Virus record (IMG/VR): IMGVR_UViG_3300028534_000024
Coordinates: 1 to 64,000 of that record
Strand: one strand, 5' to 3'
DNA length: 64,000 nt
Source: a virus
Lineage: Duplodnaviria; Caudoviricetes
The notes below the pieces were generated by a model. The model was not told where the DNA came from, did no database searches, and saw only the letters and a program-made list of their open reading frames with translations. Of this stretch, positions 48,714 through 59,117 are shown one piece after another. Every line of letters starts with the position of its first letter. Position 1 is the first letter of the stretch. Position numbers and translations under genes: made by a program.

Positions 48714-49937
48714 TTATATTTGCCCTAAATCTTCAAATCGTTGTATATCCAATCTATCAGCTAATCCTACAGAACACTTAGTGGCATTTCTAGCTTTAGT
48801 AACCACCATTTCAAGCAACCCATCAACATCAGGTGGACGATAAATAAGTAATGCTAACGATGCCGTATTAAGTAACTCAGTTGTTCCCCTTGTTCTCATT
48901 TTTAATGTACCATCAGTCTCCTTTTCGATATCAATTTGTGTAGGTAAGATAACAACAATACCTAACTCCAGACATAGCTGATTTAAATCCCTAACGAAAG
49001 TTGCTTTTGATTGCCAAGTTGATCCATCTGAATTTGCTTTAGCAGAAGTTAAATTAAGATAATCAATAACAAATAATTCCACATTATGCAATTCATTATA
49101 AGTTCTTATTAAACTCTCAATCTCAGTAGGATCGAATACATCATCGAATATGAATATATCTGGTGATGTACTTGATGATAATTGCTTCCTTCCTTTATCA
49201 AGTTTATCTTTAAGTTCTTTTGATAGTGGTTTTCTAATATCATCAGGCAGTAAATCATTAAGGATATCAGCTAGTGGTACCTCACAAAGGTTTGCTAATA
49301 ATCTAGCTTCAAGTAACTTAGCTGGTAGCTCTAATGAGAAATAAACAGATGATCTTCCATTTTTCCAATTATGTATACATTCTTGTGCTGCGAAAGCTGA
49401 CTTACCTACCCCTGATGGGGCCCCTACAATAGTTACACCACATAGTCTATTACCTGTTTTATTAAGTGTAGGGAAAGATGATGGTAACATAAAGATATTA
49501 TTATCAATATCTTCACCTAACTTCTTTGCTTGTTTTTGTGAGGTACTTGATACTACCTTAGTTAGCTCCTTAGTTTTACTTGCTAATACATCTAAGTCTT
49601 TATTGATAGCAGCATCAGCAATTTCTGATAAGGAACTTTCAACTTGCGTTAAAGCATAATTTACCTTTAGATTCTCAATTACTTCATTGGCACTTAATTC
49701 TGTCTCTAATTCATCAACAGTTGATAAGTACGCTTCACATTTAAGGTATTCAGAGTTACCTAGTGATGATTTAAGTAAAGTTGATAAATCTTGCCTTGTT
49801 ATGTTATTGTTTCTTTTAAAGGCTTTTGAGTAGATTCGTATTATTTGGAACACCAAAGGATTCTCTAACCACCCCAATTGAATATCATTAGGTGATATAT
49901 TTCCTTGTAACAAATGGTATAGTAATAGTTTTTCCAT
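48714..49937 (-). CDS. dnaB: DnaB-like replicative helicase
   Basis: GAPSGVGKS, FSLEL, VIDYL, PTQI and KARN motifs. Confidence 0.88.
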   Translation of the reverse strand: MEKLLLYHLLQGNISPNDIQLGWLENPLVFQIIRIYSKAFKRNNNITRQDLSTLLKSSLGNSEYLKCEAYLSTVDELETELSANEVIENLKVNYALTQVESSLSEIADAAINKDLDVLASKTKELTKVVSSTSQKQAKKLGEDIDNNIFMLPSSFPTLNKTGNRLCGVTIVGAPSGVGKSAFAAQECIHNWKNGRSSVYFSLELPAKLLEARLLANLCEVPLADILNDLLPDDIRKPLSKELKDKLDKGRKQLSSSTSPDIFIFDDVFDPTEIESLIRTYNELHNVELFVIDYLNLTSAKANSDGSTWQSKATFVRDLNQLCLELGIVVILPTQIDIEKETDGTLKMRTRGTTELLNTASLALLIYRPPDVDGLLEMVVTKARNATKCSVGLADRLDIQRFEDLGQI

Positions 49938-50768
49938 TTAAGCTCCTTGCTTTAATCCATTGAATATATGTTTTATTACCTCTATAGTCCAACCATTACC
50001 AATGGCATGACATCTGGACGTTACTCCTAGCCCTTTAGTGTATCCTTCAGGAAGTGTTTGAAGTCTTTCCCATTCTAGTGGACTCATAAGTCTAACCTTT
50101 GTTTTGTCCTCATTAAACAAATATTGATATGCATGGGATCTATTCGTTGTTAATGTGTTGGATTTTGGGTTATTTACCCAATTTAGACCATCTGCTCTGA
50201 TAGTATTCCCATATTTACCATATATGAATTTTGGAGGGTCTCTCCAAGGCTCTTTAAGATCCAATATATCCTTAAAGATAATACCTCTATCTTCAGGTAA
50301 AGTTACATTAGGTATATTAGTCCAATATAACCTCTTCCTTCTTTGTGCAGACACTAATGCACTATCAATCATTAGAGGTTCTACACCAAGTAAATTAGTT
50401 ATAACTTGCTTTGATTGATTATTCATTATAACATTCTCTAACATAAAATATTTAGGTTGTATTACATCTAAGGCTCTTTTAAACTCAAAAAATAATTTAC
50501 TTCGTGGATCTTCTAAGTTCAGTCTTTTACCTGCGAAACTAAACCCCTGACAAGGACTACCTACTATAATTAAATCAATATCTTTATAATCTTCGAAATT
50601 TATTTTTGTAACATCTCCAATATATATAATATCGTCCCAATTATTTTTAGAAATTTCTATAGCTTTCTCATCAATCTCAGAAGCATAGTAGGTATCTACT
50701 TTAATACCTAACTGATCTAATGCTATTCTCCCACAAGATATACCATCAAATAAACTTAAAACTTTCAT
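49938..50768 (-). CDS. dcm: DNA (cytosine-5) methyltransferase
   Basis: LSLFDG, GSPCQGFS, ENV, QRRKRLYW and GNGW motifs. Confidence 0.93.
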   Translation of the reverse strand: MKVLSLFDGISCGRIALDQLGIKVDTYYASEIDEKAIEISKNNWDDIIYIGDVTKINFEDYKDIDLIIVGSPCQGFSFAGKRLNLEDPRSKLFFEFKRALDVIQPKYFMLENVIMNNQSKQVITNLLGVEPLMIDSALVSAQRRKRLYWTNIPNVTLPEDRGIIFKDILDLKEPWRDPPKFIYGKYGNTIRADGLNWVNNPKSNTLTTNRSHAYQYLFNEDKTKVRLMSPLEWERLQTLPEGYTKGLGVTSRCHAIGNGWTIEVIKHIFNGLKQGA

Positions 50769-50777
50769 ATGTTACCT

Positions 50778-51314
50778 TTATATTTCTTTTGTATAAGCTA
50801 AAATTATATCTAGCACTTCCTCATCTGTATGTGGTAGTTCTTTCCAGTTACTTAAATAATCTCTACTATACAATACCCAAGCCTTATGTGCTTCCAGTAT
50901 GGGTATAAAATAACCTTCGTTTTCACATACATTAACGATAACATCTAAATCATCAAGATGTGGTTCATAAGGCGGTAAATCAATAGCATCTCGAAGGCAT
51001 TTAAGTTTTATTATTGAAGCATTCATTTGTTTCCTTAAAATGTCTTCATATTCTGGAATGTAAATCCAATAGTCTACATCAATTTCGATATTAGGATTAT
51101 CATCCCACTTAAATCCTTCTAGGACTATTGAATCCCATAAGTTAATAAACCATTTATATGCTTCGCTATTGAAACCTAAAGCTCTTACCTCTAAAGCATC
51201 TACAACACCATCATATGGACAATCTTGTTGAAGTATGGTGTAGTAGTCTATTTCCTGTAATTTACATTTTCTTATTATCTTATAATTTTTATCTTTATCT
51301 TCTTGGATTTTCAT
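50778..51314 (-). CDS. Hypothetical protein
   Basis: ORF with AAGGA RBS. Confidence 0.6.
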   Translation of the reverse strand: MKIQEDKDKNYKIIRKCKLQEIDYYTILQQDCPYDGVVDALEVRALGFNSEAYKWFINLWDSIVLEGFKWDDNPNIEIDVDYWIYIPEYEDILRKQMNASIIKLKCLRDAIDLPPYEPHLDDLDVIVNVCENEGYFIPILEAHKAWVLYSRDYLSNWKELPHTDEEVLDIILAYTKEI

Positions 51315-51523
51315 ATGTTATCCTTATGTATATTTTTATTTATATCTACCAATTCCGATAATCTAAATGATACAACATTATATAGGTATTTAAATAAACT
51401 ATCAGATGAGTTATTGATAGATAAGAACTCCGTTAATTCTTTTTCCATTTCTATAACCTCATCATACACTGTACATGATATAATACAAGAGTCAATTATT
51501 CTTTTTATTGTTAATGTTTTCAT
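51311..51523 (-). CDS. Hypothetical protein
   Basis: ORF in operon. Confidence 0.5.
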   Translation of the reverse strand: MKTLTIKRIIDSCIISCTVYDEVIEMEKELTEFLSINNSSDSLFKYLYNVVSFRLSELVDINKNIHKDNI

Positions 51524-51613
51524 ATTACCACATTGTTAATACTTCACATATTAGAGAGAATAATATTATCAGTATGAATGTTTGAATAGAATAAGATATA
51601 AGTCTTTCTACGG

Positions 51614-51853
51614 TCATATTATCCCTCCCCTCACTGTCGTTAAATTTTCGACTAACCAATCACATTCAGTCTCATTAGACATCTCAATTTCATATGCATC
51701 TGAGGCATAGAAATCAGCCCCATTAAACTCACCTTTGTAATATTTATTTTTAGCTTTAGTAATAGCATCCTCTCTTGATGTAGCTTTTACTTCTATGTCA
51801 AGCAAATCAACCGATTTGACATCAAACTCCAATCTTACTATGTATTTATCCAT
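51614..51853 (-). CDS. Hypothetical protein
   Basis: IEVKATSREDAI motif, RBS. Confidence 0.6.
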   Translation of the reverse strand: MDKYIVRLEFDVKSVDLLDIEVKATSREDAITKAKNKYYKGEFNGADFYASDAYEIEMSNETECDWLVENLTTVRGGII

Positions 51854-51868
51854 TGCTATCCTTGTATT

Positions 51869-52060
51869 TTATGAATATATAAAATATAAATTAGAGAAAT
51901 CAAACCTCTCAGTTTCTTGTATTACTAAATTTTCCTCATATAATCTATTATACAATTCAATTTCATTGAGAATAAACTCATCATCTATTTCTGTATTTTC
52001 AAGCTCCTTTATGTAGTTTATAAGGGCTTGTTCGATTGTTTCATCTATCATCACACTCAC
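51869..52060 (-). CDS. Acidic hypothetical protein
   Basis: ORF in operon. Confidence 0.5.
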   Translation of the reverse strand: MSVMIDETIEQALINYIKELENTEIDDEFILNEIELYNRLYEENLVIQETERFDFSNLYFIYS

Positions 52061-52670
52061 TCTTATTATTAACCCAATGAATTGTAGGTAATCCTACAAA
52101 ACTTTTATCCCAAATATACCAAGCATATGCTATAGCATTTGACGCTCCTGTATCCTCCCCATTCTTATACATAGGTTGTCTGTTTGAGAATACAAGAACA
52201 TATTTAAGATGTGAATTATTGGTAAAGAACTCATATCTACCAATAGACTCTAGATAAGTTAATTTAAGGAACATAGCTACTCCTTTATTAGCTTCTTGTA
52301 AGGCTTTATTAATAATAGGTTGAAGTAGTTGTCTATCATATGGTGGATTTGTTATTATCCAATCAATACCATCAAATGGAGTTATTAGATAGTCTGTAAT
52401 ATCAACATCAAATACATAATCGAAATCATATTTGTACTTATCAGTGGCTATTGTTTCTTTAAAGTATGGAGATAGTACTTCAGCAACCCATCCTGTACCA
52501 GCACAAGGTTCTAATAAAGTATCATTTGATGTATCACCTAACAGCCCACTCCCAATTAATGCTAAAGTTGAACATCTAGGTGTTGGGTAATAATCTGTTG
52601 GATGCCTATCTTCACTTTCTTTTCTTCGTCCCCCTGTTAGTAATGATGGCCTATTTTTAAGTTTATTCAT
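52041..52670 (-). CDS. DNA adenine methyltransferase-like protein
   Basis: DYYPTP, LEPCAGTG, ITNPPY and YAWYIW motifs. Confidence 0.85.
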   Translation of the reverse strand: MNKLKNRPSLLTGGRRKESEDRHPTDYYPTPRCSTLALIGSGLLGDTSNDTLLEPCAGTGWVAEVLSPYFKETIATDKYKYDFDYVFDVDITDYLITPFDGIDWIITNPPYDRQLLQPIINKALQEANKGVAMFLKLTYLESIGRYEFFTNNSHLKYVLVFSNRQPMYKNGEDTGASNAIAYAWYIWDKSFVGLPTIHWVNNKSECDDR

Positions 52671-52680
52671 ATGTCTTCCT

Positions 52681-52920
52681 TTAGTTATCTATGCTTTCAA
52701 GATGCCCTATTAAGAAATCCAAATTCTGTCTTGCCTTCCTCAAATCCTCGATACCATTTTTAAATTTATATCTTGAAACATATTTAATAACACATCCCTC
52801 AACAAATCCTAAATCATTTTGGAGAATATACTCCATAGGTTGTATCTTAAGTTTCTGGTAGTGAGTACCTCCAACTTGTTTATCAAATACATTCACTAGT
52901 TTCCTCCTCCATAACAACAA
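52681..52920 (-). CDS. DUF3310-family protein (T7 gp1.7-like nucleotide kinase domain)
   Basis: QVGGTHY, GCVIKYVSRY..KNG.EDL.KA. Confidence 0.8.
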   Translation of the reverse strand: MLLWRRKLVNVFDKQVGGTHYQKLKIQPMEYILQNDLGFVEGCVIKYVSRYKFKNGIEDLRKARQNLDFLIGHLESIDN

Positions 52921-53128
52921 CTGATGGGATTATATTATTAATTTCCATAAAGTCTTCAATTAATTTTGCTTTATCTATATATAAATGTGTTGGATTATAT
53001 AGTTCATTACCGGAAGCCAATTTATATGTAAATCCATTATGATCCTCTACAATACTCTCAATCACATCACATTCAATCTTCAACCCATTTATAAAATAAA
53101 TCTTATCATTAACTTGAATATTTCTCAT
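52883..53128 (-). CDS. Hypothetical protein
   Basis: ORF with RBS. Confidence 0.55.
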   Translation of the reverse strand: MRNIQVNDKIYFINGLKIECDVIESIVEDHNGFTYKLASGNELYNPTHLYIDKAKLIEDFMEINNIIPSVVVMEEETSECI

Positions 53129-53130
53129 AT

Positions 53131-53352
53131 TTAATCCTTTTTATTATTGTTTGTTTTACAAGCTTCTTGTTTAAGAAGCACAGCAAGTATAGCCTTTTGT
53201 ACATAAAGTTGTTCTAATCTGACATCACCTACCAAAGAGGCTTTATCCATAGTACTTAATGCTATATTTAATTTACTTTTAGTTATAGAACATTCTGATG
53301 TTTCAGAAAATACAAATACAGAAAGTAATATTAATAGTTTAATTACTTTCAT
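53131..53352 (-). CDS. Small protein with signal peptide
   Basis: Hydrophobic N-terminus, two Cys. Confidence 0.55.
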   Translation of the reverse strand: MKVIKLLILLSVFVFSETSECSITKSKLNIALSTMDKASLVGDVRLEQLYVQKAILAVLLKQEACKTNNNKKD

Positions 53353-53539
53353 AATCTACTCCTAGATATTTTTCTTGATTGTCTGTACAAAATATACATT
53401 CATCATCATTATCTAAACACATACATCCATAACTAGATAAATTATCTATACCGTTCATATGTAATTGATTTAACATTTCTGTATGTATCAATAGTTGTAT
53501 ATACTCACCCCTATCTATTGTTACTGCATTATTATCTAT
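53339..53539 (-). CDS. Small phage protein (66 aa), predicted ATA start, not in the ORF track
   Basis: AAGGA 7 nt upstream; TIDRGEYIQLL...GIDNLSSY resembles the common phage EY..L...GVDNW.GY pattern; fills the gap exactly. Confidence 0.55.
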   Translation of the reverse strand: MDNNAVTIDRGEYIQLLIHTEMLNQLHMNGIDNLSSYGCMCLDNDDECIFCTDNQEKYLGVDYESN

Positions 53540-53550
53540 AATATATTCCT

Positions 53551-54036
53551 TTAATTATTAGTCCATATAAGTTTTCTGCAATCATCAAAATTAGCTTTAT
53601 ACCAATTTGCTTTAGCTTCTTTCGATAAATCTTTCTCGAACTTACCATTAACTATAGATCCAACTCTAGAGTTAATTTCCTTAGCTACCTCTAATAGTAC
53701 CTTTTCTGGATCATATTTAATCTTCATAAGTTCTGTTATAGAGAATACAATAATATCAGCAATTGCATCAGCTCTTATATCATCATGTGATACTACTAAT
53801 TCAGTATCTATAACATTTTCTTTTAGAAGTTCTTTTAGAAAATTTTCATAAGCTGTCTTAAGTTTATCTCTATCCTCTTTCTTGACCTCTCCTCCAAGTA
53901 GCTCTATAAGTTCTTCTTGGATATTAGCAATGTAGTCAAAAGCTGAATACTCCATTTGATGAATATTCCTATCTATTGCAAATCTTTCAATTTCTTTTAT
54001 AGGATTCTTGCAATCATCTTGTACTTCATTTTTCAT
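53551..54036 (-). CDS. MazG-like nucleotide pyrophosphohydrolase
   Basis: IQEELIEL and DAIADIIVF acidic motifs. Confidence 0.65.
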   Translation of the reverse strand: MKNEVQDDCKNPIKEIERFAIDRNIHQMEYSAFDYIANIQEELIELLGGEVKKEDRDKLKTAYENFLKELLKENVIDTELVVSHDDIRADAIADIIVFSITELMKIKYDPEKVLLEVAKEINSRVGSIVNGKFEKDLSKEAKANWYKANFDDCRKLIWTNN

Positions 54037-54057
54037 ATCGTCTCCTTTATGTTAGAT

Positions 54058-54936
54058 TTATTGTTTGTCTTCCTTAACTATCAAATTAAGATAACTTTTA
54101 GGTGCAGCCTCTTGTATAGCTATTGCAAGCTCTCTCATTAAAAAGTAAGCTGCACCAGAATTTCTTAGCTTTAAATAGTTTTTAAGTGATCTAAGATTCA
54201 TCTTAAAAACTAAATCAACTTTCCAATTATCAGTTACAATATGCTTAAAGCTGTCACCTATATTTCTTGCTTGTTTTGATGATTGCAATGCTTCAAACAC
54301 CATATCTGGATTATATTGATTTATAGCTCCATTATTTCTCATATCTTTTGATGTAGCTAATTCAATGAATTTTTCTTCACCTAAAGCTATTTTTTGTTTA
54401 AGTAATCGTCTATACATAAAGTGTATATCCTCTTCCTGATCTTTAATAGTAAACATATCAAATTCTTTTACTTTATTTAAGAACCAATCATAACCATTTG
54501 TATGTCCACATACTTGACTAGCTAAAAATGCATTTATAACTGATGACATAGTGTATCTTGTTGATTGTACTGTTAATTCTTGTACTCGGTGCCTAGAGTG
54601 TTCCTGAATTACACTTCTGCTCGTACCATTAACAAAGAACCAGAGTTCACACATCTCAAGTACACTATGATGATGGTGTACCCAAGCTAGATTTGTTAAA
54701 AGTTCTGATGATTCTATTGCATTTACTTTTGATATCGTATTATCTAGTTCAATCCCATAGTCTTCATCTTCCTTGAGAAGAACAGCTAAGTCTTTAATTG
54801 CATTATTTTCTGATTTGTCGTAGCTATTATATGCAGTTCTTCCAGCTAGCTCTGAAATACCTAATCCTTCAGCTTTAAGTAGTGTAACTGTAGGTAGATA
54901 GTATTCAATACCATTATGCTTAATTGTTTTGTTCAT
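54058..54936 (-). CDS. thyX: Flavin-dependent thymidylate synthase
   Basis: HHSVLE, SRSVIQEHSRHR, VQSTRY and NLRSLKNY..LR. Confidence 0.92.
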   Translation of the reverse strand: MNKTIKHNGIEYYLPTVTLLKAEGLGISELAGRTAYNSYDKSENNAIKDLAVLLKEDEDYGIELDNTISKVNAIESSELLTNLAWVHHHHSVLEMCELWFFVNGTSRSVIQEHSRHRVQELTVQSTRYTMSSVINAFLASQVCGHTNGYDWFLNKVKEFDMFTIKDQEEDIHFMYRRLLKQKIALGEEKFIELATSKDMRNNGAINQYNPDMVFEALQSSKQARNIGDSFKHIVTDNWKVDLVFKMNLRSLKNYLKLRNSGAAYFLMRELAIAIQEAAPKSYLNLIVKEDKQ

Positions 54937-55079
54937 TTTTATCCTTTAACTTAAATTATATAACACATATATACATATTAAACTAAAACCTATAAACCAT
55001 TCTAGTGATCCATTATTCTCTAGTGTATTTAGACCTATGAAAATAATAAGTAATATTGCTATAATTATTTTCATACCAA

Positions 55080-55244
55080 TTATCCTTTCTTGTTAAAATA
55101 CCCTTCACATAACTCTGTGTCTTTTAAGTTACCTATAGAGAATATAGGATTACCATTATAAAGTCTATTTGCCCTGTCCTTGTGTTTATCTGTTAAGTAT
55201 CTTAAACATAAATCATTACCACAAATTTTATCCATATAAGTCAT
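55080..55244 (-). CDS. Small Cys-containing protein (54 aa), not in the ORF track
   Basis: MTYMDKICGNDLCLRY...LCEGYFNKKG. Confidence 0.55.
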   Translation of the reverse strand: MTYMDKICGNDLCLRYLTDKHKDRANRLYNGNPIFSIGNLKDTELCEGYFNKKG

Positions 55245-55444
55245 ACCACCATCCTGCATTAAAAATTAGTATATATCTCTATTGATTTATACCTGTCATT
55301 GATTTCAAAGTTGTCTTCCTTAAATTCTTTTCTAATCATATATGTCGGAGAATCTAAATATTCCTCATAAGTGTACTTTAATTCATAATCTTGTGGTAGT
55401 GTCTTTAAGTATTCTATCATATCTTTAACCTGCATATTTCATCC

Positions 55445-55705
55445 TTAATGTTGTTTTGATTTAATAAACTTATCTATATAAGTTATAAGTGAATCATTTG
55501 ATATATAAAATAGATTTAGATTATACTCTATTTCAATTAAATAAATCAATTGTCCTATTCTTAAATTATGCTTCTCACATACTGTTTTTATATAATCCAT
55601 AGGTAAATCTACTGATTCTCCCCTTAACATTTCTTTATTCATTAACTTTTGATTAATGAAATTCTGTATTTTATCCATCATATCTATCCTTTCATTTATC
55701 TCCAT
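55445..55705 (-). CDS. Hypothetical protein
   Basis: ORF in operon. Confidence 0.55.
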   Translation of the reverse strand: MEINERIDMMDKIQNFINQKLMNKEMLRGESVDLPMDYIKTVCEKHNLRIGQLIYLIEIEYNLNLFYISNDSLITYIDKFIKSKQH

Positions 55706-56192
55706 AATATGCTAAAAAGTAAGCATCTGTTAAATCGTACAATCCAGTTGTTTTCTTAAAGCCATTATCTACAAAGAACTTCTTGATATTTTCAGGGAGA
55801 GCATCTAACATATCTTCTTTATTTGCTCTACCATTACCTGTGGTTTTCTTTTTAAGTGAACTAGGTGCTATCTGATATGAGTTATTTTTATGTCTATATA
55901 TCAATGTAGCTATGAAGTAATGAAACCCAAATAATTGGTATACCCTCGACCCTTTCCCTAAAAAAGCAGGGGCTTCAAGATATACATCATAATCAGGATA
56001 TTTTAAAATAACTTGATTTATCTTATCTGCTACTTGAAGACTTCTCTTGTAGATATTGGTATTAGGGCTAGTCTTTATTGTAAAGAACTCTTCTATAGCT
56101 TTATTGTTATCAAGCACCACAACACCTGTAGATGTCATTGATAAATCTATACCGATAGTTCCGTGTATTTTATTGACTCCCATCGACTTCAT
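55692..56192 (-). CDS. ruvC: RuvC-like Holliday junction resolvase
   Basis: IGIDLSMTSTG, YLEAP, PSSLKK..TGNG.ANKEDM and DLTDAY. Confidence 0.85.
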   Translation of the reverse strand: MKSMGVNKIHGTIGIDLSMTSTGVVVLDNNKAIEEFFTIKTSPNTNIYKRSLQVADKINQVILKYPDYDVYLEAPAFLGKGSRVYQLFGFHYFIATLIYRHKNNSYQIAPSSLKKKTTGNGRANKEDMLDALPENIKKFFVDNGFKKTTGLYDLTDAYFLAYYGDK

Positions 56193-57123
56193 CCTCCATA
56201 ACCTTTTCTATAACTAAATGTGTCAACCTGCTATGCTTTTCGGCATAACTAACTTCTAAAAGAAGTCTATCAAGTCCTAATTTAAGATACTTTTTAGTTA
56301 CTTTATATTTAATACTATAAATTTTATCTTTATAGCTGATCTTAAAACCTATAGGATTATAGTTATTATCAACAACCCAATCTATAGGTTTGACTATAAG
56401 ACAACCTTTAGGTACAAAAATAGTCTCAGGAGTGTCCTTTAATAGCGTGATGTATTTACCTATATTGTTTTCCTTTAAAGATTGTAATTGACTTTCTTTA
56501 ATACTAGGTAGATCAGTTATAGTTGTGTATGTATTTGTTTTACCTTGAAAGTAATTTAATAAGGATTTATCTCCTTGCATCACAACTATATCCCCATCTG
56601 TGATATAACACCATTTTGGTGGTACATTCGGTCTTTTTCTTCTATCTATAATAGACGAGTAAGTATTTTTATCTGATCTATAAGTATAATGTAATTTAGA
56701 GCTATTATGAATAATATAAGGTATATCTATATCTTTTTTAAATTCACCTATAAGTTCCGATAATGTATACAGCTTATCTGAATTATAAATTATATTGTTA
56801 TCACTAAATACATTGCTATTTGATAGTAGATGTTTAAACACAACTTGATACTCTGTTGGAAATAGATTGATATACTTATTGATAGTTTTTACATCTTTTG
56901 CTATGATGATATTATATACCAAGCTTTTTATTTTATCATCACTTAATTTTGATGCGTTTGTAGTTAATTTTATTTTAGATATAGGTAACTGAAAATGAAC
57001 TTTTAATGATAATAGTAATTGTAGGTCTTTTGTTGGGTTCTTAAGTAGACGGGCTAATTGATGTCTTCTTAAGGTATTATCTAGAGGAATAAGATTATAT
57101 AATATTTGAAAAGTTTCATTCAT
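56170..57123 (-). CDS. Possible second degenerate ligase-like protein
   Basis: Helical N-domain resembling T4-type ligase DNA-binding domain; LIVKP.DW..GFKI OB-like end; no KxDG. Confidence 0.35.
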   Translation of the reverse strand: MNETFQILYNLIPLDNTLRRHQLARLLKNPTKDLQLLLSLKVHFQLPISKIKLTTNASKLSDDKIKSLVYNIIIAKDVKTINKYINLFPTEYQVVFKHLLSNSNVFSDNNIIYNSDKLYTLSELIGEFKKDIDIPYIIHNSSKLHYTYRSDKNTYSSIIDRRKRPNVPPKWCYITDGDIVVMQGDKSLLNYFQGKTNTYTTITDLPSIKESQLQSLKENNIGKYITLLKDTPETIFVPKGCLIVKPIDWVVDNNYNPIGFKISYKDKIYSIKYKVTKKYLKLGLDRLLLEVSYAEKHSRLTHLVIEKVMEDEVDGSQ

Positions 57124-57135
57124 ATTTTGCCTTTA

Positions 57136-57558
57136 TTATGTATTAAATATATTTTTAACTATATATATATCATTATCTGATGGTTTATCAAAAAGTACAT
57201 TAAACAGTGCTTTTATTTCAGCATCGGAGAAATCAGATAGATCTATATCTAATGATATATCAATATCTTCATCCTCTAAATCTTTATGTAAGTACTCAAT
57301 AGATGTTTTATAGTAGTGTTGAATACGGTATCGTATTCTATGCTTTAAATGATTACCTAATGAACCTTTTGTCTTATCATATGTATTCAATCCATCGTTA
57401 ATCCCTTGCATACATTCTTCTAAGAATATACCATCAGGTATTCTTTTCCAATTATTATACGAATTTACTATAAAAGTAGCTATATATTTAGCGGTCATAA
57501 GACTTAATGAGTTGAAACGGATAAGTAGTTCTTCTAAAACTAATGATTTTTTTAACAT
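57136..57558 (-). CDS. Sigma-factor region-2-like protein (putative late sigma)
   Basis: EECMQGINDGLNTYDKTKGSLGNHLKHRIRYRI matches the sigma region 2.2-2.4 pattern; no region 4. Confidence 0.6.
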   Translation of the reverse strand: MLKKSLVLEELLIRFNSLSLMTAKYIATFIVNSYNNWKRIPDGIFLEECMQGINDGLNTYDKTKGSLGNHLKHRIRYRIQHYYKTSIEYLHKDLEDEDIDISLDIDLSDFSDAEIKALFNVLFDKPSDNDIYIVKNIFNT

Positions 57559-59117
57559 AATGTAATCCCTTGTTCTTTGGTAAGAGTAATTACTTCATCA
57601 AATAACTTATATGGTAGTTCATTATGATGTTGTATAACAATTACATTTTTATTCTTTTTTAGTTCATCTATTAAAGAACTAATTGGTTTAATATTATGCT
57701 TATCTATTCTATTGAAGGCTTCATCTATAACAAGTATAGGCACAATTATATTTAACTGTTGCTCTAATGTTTTAAATAATGCCGTAAGAATAGTTAAAGC
57801 AAGAATAGTAAACTCACCTCCACTTAGCATAGCTAGTTCTCTATCTACCCCATTACTAGAAATATTAAACATAATTTTACCTTTAACTATTTTAGCATAT
57901 AAAGAGAAATCATTATTTGTGGATGATAAAATATCTTCAATATTATCATTTAATCCAGATATAAATGTATGTAGATATACAGTTGTAACTTTCCCAGATT
58001 CTAATAATTTAATTAGAGATTTAACTATCTGTAATTCTTTCTCTTTTTCTAGTAATTCTAATTGTAACTTATCAATATCCTTAGATGGGGCAGATAGTAT
58101 ATGTTTATGTGTAGCTATTTTAGCTTCCAGACTAATTATCTTATCATTTATTATTTTAAATTGACTATCAAATTCATCTTTTAAATTAGTTAAAGATTCT
58201 TGTTTATGTGATAATAAGGTTGATGTTGTTAATATTTTATCTTCAATATCACTTAATTGTTCTTGTAAATTATCTACATTTAAATTATCTAAAGGTCTAT
58301 TACAAGTAGGACAAATAGATAATTCTAATAACTGAAGTGATGATTCTACTTGTTTTTTAATAGAATGTAAAGATGATAATTTCTCAGACAAAATAGAAAT
58401 ATCATTTGTAAGTTTAGATTTGCTTGTCATATAAGTATGATTTTCAATTAACTCCTCCTTATCTTTATTCAATTCATCTAATTCATCATATAAATTATCT
58501 TCATTTACTACAGATATAGATTTAGTTATATCACCTATTCTTAATTTTAAAGTCCTAATATCAGAGTTCAGGTTAGCTCTCTTATCCTTAGCCTTCCTTG
58601 TGTAGATATCCAATATTGTCAAATCAAAATATTTAAGAATTAAATTACCATCAGTTGAAAATAGATTTCCAATAGTATCTTGATTTATATATGATAAAGT
58701 AACAAATTCTTCATAAGTTAATCCAATAATATCTTGGATTATTGTTAATGATTCCGTTATCCTATCTGATAGCACTTTATCATTTGTCAGATCCTTAACT
58801 ATGATAGATAAAGTATTTCTATCATTAGAAATAAGATAGTCTATACTTTTAACTTCAATATAAAGTTTAATCACATAAGGTTTACTTGTTATGTGATTAT
58901 TAAGATTTTCAAAATAATTTGACTTTGGGTTTCGATTAAAGAGACATTGTATAATTGATAAAGTAAAAGCACTCTTACCTGCACCATTAGATGTTGGAAG
59001 ATTATCTACAAGTACATCATTATTTATACCATTAAGAAGATACAATTTATTCTCAAAAGTAAAATCAATATGCCCTATGGACATAAAATTATTAATAATT
59101 ATTCTTTTAATTTTCAA
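57552..59117 (-). CDS. sbcC: SbcC/Rad50/gp46-like ATPase
   Basis: SNGAGKS Walker A, CPTC zinc hook, LSGGE signature, LVIDE and H-loop. Confidence 0.92.
   Translation of the reverse strand: MKIKRIIINNFMSIGHIDFTFENKLYLLNGINNDVLVDNLPTSNGAGKSAFTLSIIQCLFNRNPKSNYFENLNNHITSKPYVIKLYIEVKSIDYLISNDRNTLSIIVKDLTNDKVLSDRITESLTIIQDIIGLTYEEFVTLSYINQDTIGNLFSTDGNLILKYFDLTILDIYTRKAKDKRANLNSDIRTLKLRIGDITKSISVVNEDNLYDELDELNKDKEELIENHTYMTSKSKLTNDISILSEKLSSLHSIKKQVESSLQLLELSICPTCNRPLDNLNVDNLQEQLSDIEDKILTTSTLLSHKQESLTNLKDEFDSQFKIINDKIISLEAKIATHKHILSAPSKDIDKLQLELLEKEKELQIVKSLIKLLESGKVTTVYLHTFISGLNDNIEDILSSTNNDFSLYAKIVKGKIMFNISSNGVDRELAMLSGGEFTILALTILTALFKTLEQQLNIIVPILVIDEAFNRIDKHNIKPISSLIDELKKNKNVIVIQHHNELPYKLFDEVITLTKEQGITLC

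Noticed and set aside
55200-55250. Suspected frameshift in a small Cys-containing ORF
   Set aside because: On re-reading, ATG GAT AAA ATT TGT is in frame (55080-55244)
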